Assembly: GCA_030390025.1 (NCBI GenBank)
Contig: CM059433.1
Location: 1,054,001 to 1,118,000, forward strand
Source of the DNA: Squalus acanthias
Lineage: Eukaryota
Direction of reading: 5' to 3'
DNA: 64,000 bases
The notes under the pieces are model-generated. The model was not told the origin of the DNA and made no database searches. It saw only the letters and a program-made list of their open reading frames with translations. The translations under genes were made by a program, and so were the position numbers. Shown piece after piece: positions 23,685 through 34,799 of the stretch. Numbering within the stretch: the stretch's first letter is position 1; every line of letters begins with the position of its first letter.

Positions 23685-25496
23685 TCATGGGGCACTATTA
23701 GACGGTCCTGCGGCACCTACGGGGCCGGTTGCGACCGCCACCTGTCCACGCGCATTCAACACCATCTTGCGCATGGCTCCTAACACTGCTTCGAGGTCGT
23801 CGGGAGGGGTGGGTGCCTTTGCTTCCTTAGGCGGGACAGGCGCCTGGGCTCGGACCGCGGGATTTTTATCCTTGGAATCCTTCCAAGGGTTCCTGCAGTG
23901 CTTGCGCCAGTGCCCTGTCTTCCCACACCCGTAACAGGCATTACTTGCCTGTGGGGCGCGATTACCCTCCTGATGCCACTCTCTCTGAGCCGGGGCTGCG
24001 GGTCGTACCTCATGTACTCTTCCCTTAAAGGGACGTGTCGTCATACCCCTTATGTTACGGTAACCTAACGTGAGTCGATTCAAGACCGACTCTTCCGTAA
24101 GGTTGAGGTCATTGGGATCGAACCAGGCTTTTGCCTGCTCTCTAACGGCTGGTAAACTGTTGGCTATTATGCACCTAAGCCAATGAATTAAAGCGGCGCC
24201 TTCCTTATCTTCGCGCTCGGGCGCACCTAGACAGCTGCGCTCATATACTGGCCACAGCCTGTCGGCAAAAACCTTCGGGGGTTCTCCCTCCATCTGCACT
24301 GTCTGTCCCACTCTAGCAAACGGACCTCCGTCGTTCGCTCCCACTACTTCTAGGACCTCATTTTTCAATTCCTCATAACTTTTATTTCCCCTCTTGCTCT
24401 CGCCTGAGAGACACTGAAGGACCGAGCTGTCTAATGAGAACAGCAGCATTTTTGCTGTCTCCCCATCATCGCAGCCGTTAATGGCTGCGGCTTGCTCAAC
24501 TTCCCTGAAATGGACGGAAGGGTCGTCTATCTCGGTCAGCTTCCTTACGTGGTTTATCATGGCTCTCAGCTGATGTGAACTGTGAGGCAACACCAGCTGT
24601 CCGAGGAGATCCCCCGGTTCTTCCCCACCGTTTCTGCTTGGGCCCCTTTTAATCCCCGTTACTGGATACAACGATCCCTTTTCTACTTCCTTTTCAACGG
24701 GCTCTTTTGTTTCTTCCGTTGCTTCCTCCCTAACCCAGGTTTCTGAATAGCTGGGTGGCGCGGAGGGCGCAGTGGCTACTACTTCTTCTGCTTTACTTGG
24801 TGGGGAATTTCTAAATCTCTCATTTACTAGCGGCTGGCGCGCCGACGGATTGATAAGGCACACCATGCCGTTCGCATTATTCACGGCCTTTTTGAGGCTC
24901 TCTATCTCTTTTTGGCAGGCGCTATGGTCGGCTCCCTGAAACTTATCCTCAAGGGCCAACTTATACGCCGACCTAACCCCCATTAAGCTCTCTTCCTGAG
25001 TTCTTATCTGGGCAGCTTGGCGGTTACATCTTTCCTTCATCCTACTCTCGTTCAATTTTGCTTCAGTGATCTGGCACTCGAGATACTCTACCCTTGTTTT
25101 AAGGTAACTGGAGACTTCCTGGCTTTCCTGGCGTAACTCATTTAAATTCTTAATGAGCACCTCCCCTCCAGAAACCTTCTCCTCCATTTCCTCCTCTAAA
25201 TGCCTGATTCGAGCTGTTAGCGCTGTATTGGTCTGGTTTGAAATCTGAACCTGCCTTTTGTAGCACATAAGCCAGACTGCTTTCTCAACTGCCTTTTTAT
25301 GCTCCTTACTATCAGTCCACCTTTCAGCTGCCTCTAGTGGGCTCTTATCCGCTAACAATTCGCTTATCCACTTTTTAGTTAGATTAACCTTTCCAAACAC
25401 ATAATCCGCTATCTTTTCCTGCATAACATTTCGTACAGTCATTCCAAAATCTAACACACTACCCTCTCGCTGCCAGTGTCCTGCCGCGGTCGCCAT
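23685..25496 (-). CDS. gag: Gag polyprotein, 603 aa from first ATG (N-terminal coiled coil, PSAPPSY late domain, capsid-like region, one CCHC zinc knuckle)
   Basis: Open frame; CYGCGKTGHWRKHC knuckle; ATG in AAAATGG context at 25496. The ORF-track GTG start at 25550 lies inside the LTR. Confidence 0.9.
   Translation of the reverse strand: MATAAGHWQREGSVLDFGMTVRNVMQEKIADYVFGKVNLTKKWISELLADKSPLEAAERWTDSKEHKKAVEKAVWLMCYKRQVQISNQTNTALTARIRHLEEEMEEKVSGGEVLIKNLNELRQESQEVSSYLKTRVEYLECQITEAKLNESRMKERCNRQAAQIRTQEESLMGVRSAYKLALEDKFQGADHSACQKEIESLKKAVNNANGMVCLINPSARQPLVNERFRNSPPSKAEEVVATAPSAPPSYSETWVREEATEETKEPVEKEVEKGSLYPVTGIKRGPSRNGGEEPGDLLGQLVLPHSSHQLRAMINHVRKLTEIDDPSVHFREVEQAAAINGCDDGETAKMLLFSLDSSVLQCLSGESKRGNKSYEELKNEVLEVVGANDGGPFARVGQTVQMEGEPPKVFADRLWPVYERSCLGAPEREDKEGAALIHWLRCIIANSLPAVREQAKAWFDPNDLNLTEESVLNRLTLGYRNIRGMTTRPFKGRVHEVRPAAPAQREWHQEGNRAPQASNACYGCGKTGHWRKHCRNPWKDSKDKNPAVRAQAPVPPKEAKAPTPPDDLEAVLGAMRKMVLNARGQVAVATGPVGAAGPSNSAP
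25478..25495 (-). promoter_or_regulatory. Primer binding site complementary to tRNA-Arg(TCG)
   Basis: Minus strand TGGCGACCGCGGCAGGAC is the complement of GTCCTGCCGCGGTCG+CCA, the 3' end of vertebrate tRNA-Arg-TCG as recalled; 5 nt from the LTR end. Confidence 0.88.
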
Positions 25497-25948
25497 TTTC
25501 TGTAAGGGATTCTCCCTGACCCTGCGTGTCTCGTAGCCTGTGAGATTCACGCGGCTCTGTGCAGCCTGTATGTCAGTGCGGGTCTAGGCCTGGTCTCCAG
25601 CCAGTCTGGGAACACTAGACACACCTGTGAGTGGTTCGAATCACTCTCCCTTACGGTTCTAGACACTGGACTTAGATGCGAGAGCAGTAATGGAGATAAA
25701 ACTCATGTAGACTTGGTTTGAATGGTACGAAATGGAAAATCTTTATTGCATGATACTTAAAATTATGAAATACATGTCATACGCACAGATTAATGACAGT
25801 ACAATCTTACAAACGGTTATAATCAATCTTAGGGAAACGAGGAACGAACGGCACAACGTAAATAGGGCACACATTACAAATATCCTTAATCTTTAAACCC
25901 TCCCCTATCAATATCTATCCTAAACTAGCTTCGTAGGATCTCGAGACT

Positions 25949-25963
25949 CATGCTCACCACTCG
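25949..25963 (-). promoter_or_regulatory. Putative major splice donor inside the LTR (GTG|GTGAGC)
   Basis: CGAGTGGTGAGCATG is identical in the diverged LTR at 43801-43815; there is no leader between LTR and gag to hold a donor. Confidence 0.55.
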
Positions 25964-26553
25964 TAATAACTCGGAGAAATCCCGAATAGCTGATCGGATG
26001 TTTTTCACCGCAGCACCCACGTGTCGGTCAGGAGATCTCCTGGTCCCACTTGTTTACTGGCTTCTGCTGCTCGGGCTAGTAGGCTGGACCGTCTGCTGTA
26101 GTGAAGACCTCTGTTGGTTGACTTCACAGTTTAGTTGAGGAGCACCGTTGTCAATATCACTGATACGATGTGTTTGCACAGTCCAGTTATCATTGAATCA
26201 ATATGTCTTGTTAGAAGTTTAAAGAAGAAAACTTCCTGTCGAGAAGACTTGGCTGATCGACCTACAGGCGCGGTCGGGATTTACTGACCGTGGCGATGGA
26301 TATGGTCTTCTTCTCTTCTCCTCTCATCTCATCTCATCTCATCTCATCTCGGGCCTTTGGTTCCGCTGCCAGTTACCAACATAGGTCTTCGTTACGCGAC
26401 ACGAGGTAGATCCGAACGGATCATAAAGTTCAACAGTCTTTTACACAGGAGCAGCCACGAGGTTACGAATCGACCGGATAAAACACAGGAGCAAGCGAGC
26501 GAATGCAGGAGCAAGGGCAAGAGTCAAGAGAGAATGGATGGTTTGGGGCCTGC

Positions 26554-26623
26554 AATTATAGTGCAAAAATCTTCCGTTTCCCGCCCAACTATAATGTCCA
26601 TTCTTTTGTTTAGGGTTTGGCGC
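26554..26623 (-). promoter_or_regulatory. Putative LTR core promoter: TATA-like GCACTATAATT with two upstream E2F-consensus sites
   Basis: GCACTATAA is conserved in the diverged LTR (43457-43465); TTTCCCGC at 26577-26584 and TTTGGCGC at 26616-26623. Confidence 0.45.
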
Positions 26624-27287
26624 CCAAATGTCTTGTATGGGTGATCTCCGTCCTTAATGGGTTTCGGGGCTACTCATGAATGTTTGAGTACCTGTTAATA
26701 CTTCTCCCATTGTTAAATCGGTCGGTGTTCTCCCTGGAGGGGTTTGGGGCTTCCAAGTGTCCTGTATAACTACCTGCTAACGGCTCTCTCATCGTAGAGT
26801 CGTTGGGAGTTTACATATTAATGTCCTTTGGATGGGCCCTTGATTACTCGGTGCAATGGCTTTCCTTTGTACCTGGGAGACCGATTCCAGTATCTATGTT
26901 TATACTGTAAACCCATAATGTCTCGGGTATTATCTTCACTGTGCTGAATCGTTATCGATCTTGCAAAAATGTTTAATGGAACGCCATCTTGTCTGCCTGT
27001 TGAAAAGTCTAGAATGTTCTGTCACGCGGTGCGGCGGCCATTTTACAGGCTGCTTGTGTCCAATTTAAACCTGACAGCATTCTGCTGAAATAAAAGCTGT
27101 TTGAACGAAACTTTGTGTTTTCTCCTTATTAATCAAATCGCGATAATTGCGAATTCTACACTATCTACCTTATCAAACCCTTTAATCATCTTAAACACCT
27201 CAATTAGGTCACCCCTGAATTGACTATACTCAAGGAAATACAAGCCTAGTCTACGTGATCCTCAGTTAGGCTAATGAAAGGAGACTG

Positions 27288-28201
27288 AGGGAGTAATTTT
27301 GACTTTGGGCATTAGTGTAAAACAGAAGATATTGGATCAGCTGCCCGTTATCGAAATGAAAATCAGGAGAGATATATAACGGCCGGCTGATCTGATGGGC
27401 TGGATTTTGAAACTGGGGACGGGATGGAGGTGGGACTCCCACTTTTTGGGTTGTAGTCCTGCCTCCATCGACTTGTGTCCAACCCACTGTATTTTCACTT
27501 GATTGACCTTGTTGAGCCCGCCCAGCGAGCTCAGCAGGCCAATTAAGGGCCACCCGGCAACAGGTGACATCACAGATTGACATTTCATCTGTCAAGAGCT
27601 ATTGACAGATGAAATATCAGTGTTTGACAGCTCTTTGAAGCTGTCAAACACTGACAATCTGTACTCTAAGTTAATTCCTTCCTCTCAGGCTGATTTAGAG
27701 ATCTCTGCAGAACAAAAAGCAGAGGCTGCAGCTTTTGACAGCTCAACGGCCATTCTGCTTTCTGTGCTGCTGAGATTTCTGACTCCCGAGACCTGAAGGG
27801 CTGACACCTGCAGGAGGAAGTTAAGGTAAGTAAAACTTTTTCCACACGTTACACTTACCTTACACACTTACCTCTGCACACATGCACCCATCACTCACCT
27901 GCCCACCGGACATATCGACCCCTCCAACCCCTGCAGACCCACAGTCCGCCTCGCTGAAATGGCGTGGTTGGGACCTGTCGGAGAGCCCACATTTCAGGCA
28001 TAAAAATAGGGATTAGGCAAAAAACTGCCTGTTAACTAGCGAAACTGGCATGGAGGCAGATTGGGGGCGGGATGGGGTCGGGACCCCCGATTCAGCTATT
28101 TTCAATCCAGTCCCGCCTCCATACCCGCCTCCACGGCTCAATGAAAATTCTGCTCAATATCTCCCGTTTTACACTTAGGTCGAAAGTCAAAATTACCTCC
28201 C
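27288..28201. mobile_element. Nested Harbinger-type MITEs
   Basis: Outer inverted ends GTAATTTTGACTTT ... AAAGTCAAAATTAC; inner element starting GGGCTGGATTTT at about 27397. Confidence 0.6.
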
Positions 28202-28669
28202 TTGGGTGAAATTTTCTACTTTGTTTATTCATAGACAAGAAAAAGTCCAACCCATCAGTTGCTAAACCTTATTTTCCACTTGTTTACTTTCATATTTCAG
28301 AGCTGCTCATTTATCATGTAACCATTTTTATTACCTGTTATGTCATCTTGACTTTTTTGAAACATCTGGATTAGCCTGGAATACCTAAATCAGTATCCAT
28401 GTAAGTTGCATCCATATTATATTGCTTAAAGTACAGATAAAAGAAATACATGACCAACAACTAATTATGTTAGATCAAAGACAGTTAAAATTACCAAAGA
28501 ATTATCAAATTCTCCTAAAGTTGACATGATGCTCTGTAATTATTTTTTTTATTCATTCTTGGGATATGGGTATCGCTGGCAAGGCCAGCATTTATTGGCC
28601 ATCCCTTGTTGCCCATAAGAAAATGGTGGTGAGCCACCTTCTTGAACCACTACAGTCCGTGTAGTGAAG

Positions 28670-30128
28670 AAAGAAAGACTTGAATTTATATAGCGCCTTT
28701 CACGACCACCGGACGTCTCAAAGCGCTTTACAGACAATTAAGTATTTTTGAAGTGTAGTCACTGTTGTAACGTGGCTGCCAAATTGCACACAGCAAGCTC
28801 CCACAAACAACAATGTGATAATGACCAGATAATCTATTTTTGTTATGTTGGTTGAGAGATAAATATTGGCCAGGACACCGGGGATAATTAGAAACATAGA
28901 AAAATAGGAGCGGGAGTCGGCCATTCGTCCTTCGAGCCTGCTCCACCATTCAATATGATCATGGCTGATCCTCTATCTCAATACCATATTCCCGCTCTCT
29001 CCCCATACCCCTTGATGCCTTTTGTGTCTAGAAATCTATCTATCTCCTTCTTAAATATATTCAGTGACTTGGCCTCCACAGCCTTCTGTGGTAGAGAATT
29101 CCACAGGTTCACCACCCTCTGAGTGAAGAAATTTCTCCTCATCTCAGTCCTAAATGTCCTACCCCGTATCCTGAGACTGTGACCCATCGTTCTAGACCCC
29201 CCAGCCAGGGGAAACATCCTCCCTGCATCCAGTCTGTCTAGCCCTGTCAGAATTTTATACGTTTCAATGAGATTCCCTCTCATTCTTCTAAACTCTAGTG
29301 AATACAGGCCTAGTCGGCCCAATCTCTCCTCATACGACAGTCCTGCCATCCCAGGAATCAGTCTGGTGAACCTTCGCTGCACTCCCTCTATGGCAAGTAT
29401 ATCCTTTCTTAGGTAAGGAGACCAAAATTGCACACAGTACTCCAGGTGTGGTCTCACCAAGGCCCTGTATAACTGTAGTAAGACATCCTTGCTCCTGTAC
29501 TCAAATCCTCTTGCAATGAAGGCCAACATACCATTTGCCTTCCTAACTGCTTGTTGCACCTGCATGTTTGCTTTCAGTGACTGGTGTACAAGGACACCCA
29601 GGTCCCTTTGTACATCAGCATTTCCCAATCTAACACCATTTAAATAATACTCTACCTTTCTGTTTTTCCTACTGAAGTGGATAACTTCACATTTATCCAC
29701 GTTATACTGCATCTGCCATGTATTTGCCCACTCACTCAACTTGTCTAAATCACCTTGAAGCCTCTTTGCATCCTCCTCACAACTCACAATCCTACCTAGT
29801 TTCATGTCATCAGCAAACTTGGAAATATTACATTTGGTTCCCTCATCCAAATCATTGATATATATTGTGAATAGCTGGGGCCCCAGCATTGATCCTCTGC
29901 TCTTCTTTGAAATAGTGCCATGGGATCTTTTACGTGCATCTGAGAGAGCAGACGGGGCCTCAGTTTAACGTCTCATCAGAAAGACGGCACCTCCAACAGT
30001 GCAGCACTCCCTCAGTACTGCACTGGAGTCTCAGCCTAACTTTATGTGCTGCAAGTTCCTGGAGTGGGACTTGAACCCACAACCTTCTAACTCAGAGGCG
30101 AGTGTGCTACCCACTGAGCCACAGCTGA
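28670..30128 (-). mobile_element. SacSINE1-like SINE interrupted by a CR1
   Basis: SINE head at 30128-29896 and tail at 28888-28670. Confidence 0.8.
28890..29895 (-). mobile_element. 5'-truncated CR1 LINE (RT C-terminus, 303-aa open frame)
   Basis: LGPQLFTIYINDL, KFADD, RPHLEYCVQFWSP; TTCTATGT tail. Confidence 0.93.
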
Positions 30129-30952
30129 CACTGCCACAATGCTGTTAGGCAGGGAATTCCAGGATATTGACCTAGCGACGCTAAATTATATGCCCAAGTC
30201 AGGATGGTGTGTGACTTAGAATCATAGAATGATACAGTGCAGAAGGAGGCCATTCGGCCCATCGTGCCTGTGTCGGCTTTTTCCCCATAACCCTGTAAAT
30301 TTTTCCCCTTTAAGTATTTAGCCAATTCCCTTTCGAATGTTATTATTGAATCTGCTTCCACCACCCTTTCAGGCAGCGCATTCCAGATCACAACAACTCG
30401 CTGCGTAATGTTTTTCCCTCATGTCTTCTCTGGTTCTTATGCCAATTACCTTAAATCTGTGTCCTCTGGAGGGGAACTTGGAGGTGGTGGTGTTCCCATG
30501 CGCCTGCTGCCCTTGTCCTTCTAGGTGGTAGAGATCGCGGGTTTGGGAGATACTGTCGAAGAATTGTGTTATCACTTCAGAATTTTTGCAAGTATATAAT
30601 TTCCTTTCTTCCAAGTGAGACAAGCAAGTTGAAACTTCTCCAAAAGTGATAGCTAGTGCAGGCAAATGATAAGACAGATTTTCATTTATGTGCTTGGGTA
30701 CACACGAACATTATTAACATTGTGCAAGCAGCACCCCCACCCACCCCCGCCAACACCCCGCCAAATATCATTATAAATTATTCCGCTTGATTTTATTTTA
30801 AATACAGCAAAAGACATGTTCTTACATAAAATTATGTACACATACTTTGAAAATTACTACATGCTCTGTCATATTTTTTCAGTGCTGTCATTTCCAGCGT
30901 CATTGGAGCACTGGTGCCAGATGGCAGATATTTCATCTGAACATTAGCCAAT

Positions 30953-32172
30953 TCTTCTTCTTAGGCAGTCCCTCGGAACCGAGGATGACTTGCTTCCACA
31001 TTAAAAATGAGTTCTCAGGTGTCTGATGAGTCCAATGCGGGACCTGCAGTCTCTGTCACAGGTGGGGCAGACGGTGGTTGAAGGGGCAGGTGGGTGGGGT
31101 ACTTGGGTTGACGTGCGCTCCTTGCGCTTGGCTTCCGCTTGCTCCCGACGAAGAAACTCGAGGTGTTCGGCGCCTTCCCGGATGCTTCTCCTCCACTTTG
31201 TGCGGTCTTGGGCCAGGGATTCCCAGGTGTCGGTGAGGATGTTACACTTTTTCAAGGAGGCTTTGAGGGTGTCCTTGAAGTGTTTCCTCTGCCCACCTGG
31301 GGCTCTCTTGCTGTGCCGGAGCTCCGAGTAGAGCCCTTGTTTTGGGAGTCTCGTATCGGGCATGCGGACAATGTGACCCGTCCATCGGAGCTGATCGAGC
31401 GTGGTCAAAGCTTCGATGCTGGGGATGTTGGCCTGAGCAAGAACACTGACGTTGGTGCGCCTATCCTGCCAATGGATTTGCAGGATCTTGCGGAGGCAGC
31501 GTTGGTGGTACCTCTCCAGTGCTTTGAGGTGCCTGCTGTACATGGTCCATTTCTCTGAGGCATACAGCAGGGCGGGTATCACTGCTGCTCTGTAGATCAT
31601 GAGCTTAGTGCCGGGTTTGAGGTCCTGGTCTTCAAACACTCTCTTCCTCAGGCGACCAAAGGCTGCACTGGCACACTGAAGACGGTGTTGGACTTCGTCG
31701 TCGACGTCTGCCCTTGTTGACAGTGGGCTCCCGAGATATGGAAAGAGGTCCACGTTGTCCAAGGCCTTGTCGTGGATTTTGATAATCGGGGGGCAGTACT
31801 GTGTGGCGGGGGCAGGTTGGTAGAGGACCTTTGTCTTACGGATGTTTAGTGTAAGGCCCATGCTCTTGTACGCTTCGGTGAAGGTGTTGACGATAGTTTG
31901 GAGTTCGACCTCTGAGTGAGCGCAGACGCAAGCGTCGTCTGCATACTGTAATTCAACGACAGAGGATGGGACAACCTTGGATCTGGACTGGAGGCGACGG
32001 AGGTTGAACAGTTTCCCGTTTGTTCTGTAAATTAGCTCCACTCCAGCGGGAGCTTACTGAGGGTGAGATGGAGCATTGCAGCCAGGAAGATCGAGCAGAG
32101 CGTTGGTGCGATGACACGGCCTCGCTCGACCCCGGTCCGGACGTGAATTGGGTCTGTGGTGAAACCGTTGGT
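30953..32172 (-). mobile_element. 5'-truncated RTE-clade LINE
   Basis: LQYADD RT motif, C-terminal CPTCDRDC..H; (GAA)n tail; AGCCAA flanking both ends. Confidence 0.92.
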
Positions 32173-33611
32173 CAGCCAATTATTAGTGAAATATTTGCAG
32201 CATAAACAATATTTTAATTTATAATAACGTGATTCTTTAAATAAGTGATTCTAGAAGTATCAGCAATGAAACAGGAATGATCTTTGCAACGTGTCAATCT
32301 TTTTATGTCTTAAGTACGAGCAGCAGAATCATTTTGATGCAATTTTGCTTTTACTATAATGGAGCATATTTGTGTGAAGATTACTTGCCGGTCCTTATTT
32401 GATCCAGTCAGCAAGTTAAAACTAGCTCTCATCTAATCTGTGCCCCACCCAGATTCTTCGACTTGCTGCCCTGGAACTCTGGAATAAAATCCATTTTTCA
32501 CACACTGAATACAGCAGACTTGACACATTCGTTCAGATAAACAGTAATATTATCAATTTGTCACGTAGAACAAAAGATAAAATAATAAATCCTGCTCTCA
32601 CAATGAAAGGTTGATGGCAACATAGCATATACATCTGCATGCTGAAAACAGGCCTTTCTACATCAATGTGTGCCTTTCCTATCAACTACATTCTAACATT
32701 GCTTGAAGCTGACATTAAGTTAAAAGGTAGATTAATTTATAATTTACTGCTAGATGGTTCTGTATTTTCAGGAACATAGCTGTCAGTGAAGTATTAAGCC
32801 TTTTATCGGTTCCTTATCTATCTTCCTCTGACAACCTGCAATGGGTACCTTCTTATTACTGAAATTCAATGGATGGAACGTCCCTTAAGGATGCATTCAT
32901 CAACAACGTTTCTGACATTTGTCAATACACCTTAACAACCAGTTAGCCTAAGAACCAGCTTTTATGACACCGTGAGGAAAATCGTCTGTCCTCGCTTATA
33001 TCTGCTGACCAGGCTCTTTCACTGGCCGTCCGAAATGCAACACCCTCAAGATTCGCAAATGAATTTGTTTTGTATATTTTTTTTCCAAAATTTTATTTTC
33101 TCTCATCTCCCGCAAGCTGTGACTGACAAAATGTGATAGCTCGAAGGGCACTGGCTGAGCTCTGCTACTTTTCCCACGTGGGCATTCATCATGTTCGAGG
33201 GTCGACAGCAAGTGCTGGCGTGCTGTTTTTGACTGTGAGGAGTATCACAGCCATCTAGGCTCAATCTTAGTCAGACTCAACAGCGACACTTTGCCTCATG
33301 AATTGTGCGGTAGCAATCAGGACAAGGACCACATGCACCAATTTAGGGGGCGACTGGGAGAGCAACTGTTCCACTAATACTAATTTGAACATGCATCTCA
33401 AACAGGAAAAGACAAGCTGGTCCATCGAGCCTGTCGTATTCAGTCAAGCTGCAATTAAAGATCCTGGCTCCCAATGCTTCCCACCCACCAGCCGCCATGT
33501 AATACTTTGGGAGAGGCAAAAACACTGGCTCAAGTTCAGTGATGAAAGTATTCTAGAAACTTGCCCTCCGACTCTCGAGTGTAATCAAAATGAGTTTGAG
33601 ACCACAGTGAC

Positions 33612-33763
33612 GGTAAGGCACATCCCCCACTATCCCCCCTACCTTTCACAGTGATGGTAAGGCACATCCCCCACTATCCCACTTATCTTTCGTAAGGCAC
33701 ATCCCCCACTATCCCACCTACCTTTCGTAAGGCACATCCCCCGCTATCCCACCTACCTTTCGT
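33612..33763. repeat. About 35-bp minisatellite, 4 copies
   Basis: GTAAGGCACATCCCCCACTATCCCACCTACCTTTC. Confidence 0.85.
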
Positions 33764-34799
33764 ATGCAGTGATATCAACCCCAGCCACAAACTCGTCCAA
33801 CTCCCGTTCGAATGCAGCGAACATGCACTCACTAATATAAGGGGTGCAACGTAACCCCTATCTGAGATGATTGCCTTTGCCTGGCTCAGGGACCGCGTGG
33901 GTTAGTTGCTAAAATCTGTCGGCAGTTGGCCTGTTCGCCCACATTTGCATTGCAGTTTAAACAAATCTCCATGGGTCACATGGGTCTTTGGACCGCGGAA
34001 AATTTAAATCTGCTGATTGAATTGCAATACAAATGCAGACAAGTCGGCCAGCAGCCAGCAGGTTCCAGTTGCCAATTTGCCCCGAGCGACGCAATGGTAA
34101 TAATCTCTGAGATGATTACTTTTGCCTCGCTTGGAAAGGGATAATTGTCAGAACTTCATCCAGTTAAACCAGCAAATTCAAATTTCTCATCGTACAGGGT
34201 GTCGTCCCATCAGTCACCACCGATCCCTGGAGGTGGAAAATTTGAATCTGCAGATAATACCTTCACTGTGAATAAAGTAACAAGTACTGGCATCAGCTTT
34301 CTTTTACCACACCATCTGATTATCAGCCAAATGGTCTCAGCTGGAGCATCGGGGCAGGGGAGGTCACTGTAAATAATCTCAATGTCCTGAGGATTGGGAG
34401 CACGTTGGTATTGACATTGGCTGAGAACAGCATTGACTTGCCAGTGATTGTAATGCTGGTATAGCAACAACACCAGTCAGGTTCACACATGATGAATGGA
34501 TCCTTAGCCAGGTTACTAGACACTGCTGGCTTCTGTGAAACTGTACCAACATGTGTAACCATTATCAGGAGAGGAGGGCGAAGAGTAGCAAGGGAAGCGA
34601 TGGGTCGAATTCAGCTATGATAATTGACAATTAATAACTGTTAGAAATAAGCTCCTTGACCTGTGCAAATGACTTTATACCACTCCACACAGGTGTGTTG
34701 TGTGTGCTTATGAAACTGGAAATTCTATTTCCAGACAACAATACCAAAATGCACCTGATTGAGGGTCATTGACATGCCTGGAACAATATTGGCATAAAA

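Larger units (their letters stand above)
14460..27160 (-). mobile_element. Full-length endogenous retrovirus (lokiretrovirus-like): LTR-gag-pol-env-LTR
   Basis: Two 1660-bp direct repeats with TG...CA ends; TSD CTAT at 14456-14459 and 27161-27164; PBS, PPT and three long open ORFs on the minus strand; inserted into a CR1 3' fragment that rejoins across the insertion. Confidence 0.97.
25501..27160 (-). repeat. 5' LTR (1660 bp)
   Basis: Minus strand begins TGTAGAATTCGC and ends AATCCCTTACA, followed by the PBS; about 5 substitutions seen by eye versus the other LTR. Confidence 0.97.

Noticed and set aside
25497..25550. GTG-initiated N-terminal extension of Gag
   Set aside because: Lies in U5; the ATG at 25496 has a strong context. 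Not excluded, but unsupported.
30060..30128. tRNA gene-like A/B boxes
   Set aside because: It is the tRNA-derived head of a SINE, continuous with the Deu core.
34145..34562. Coding-looking unique segment with three overlapping ORFs
   Set aside because: Stops in the candidate frames and no recognisable domain; could be an ancient repeat or conserved non-coding element, needs BLAST.
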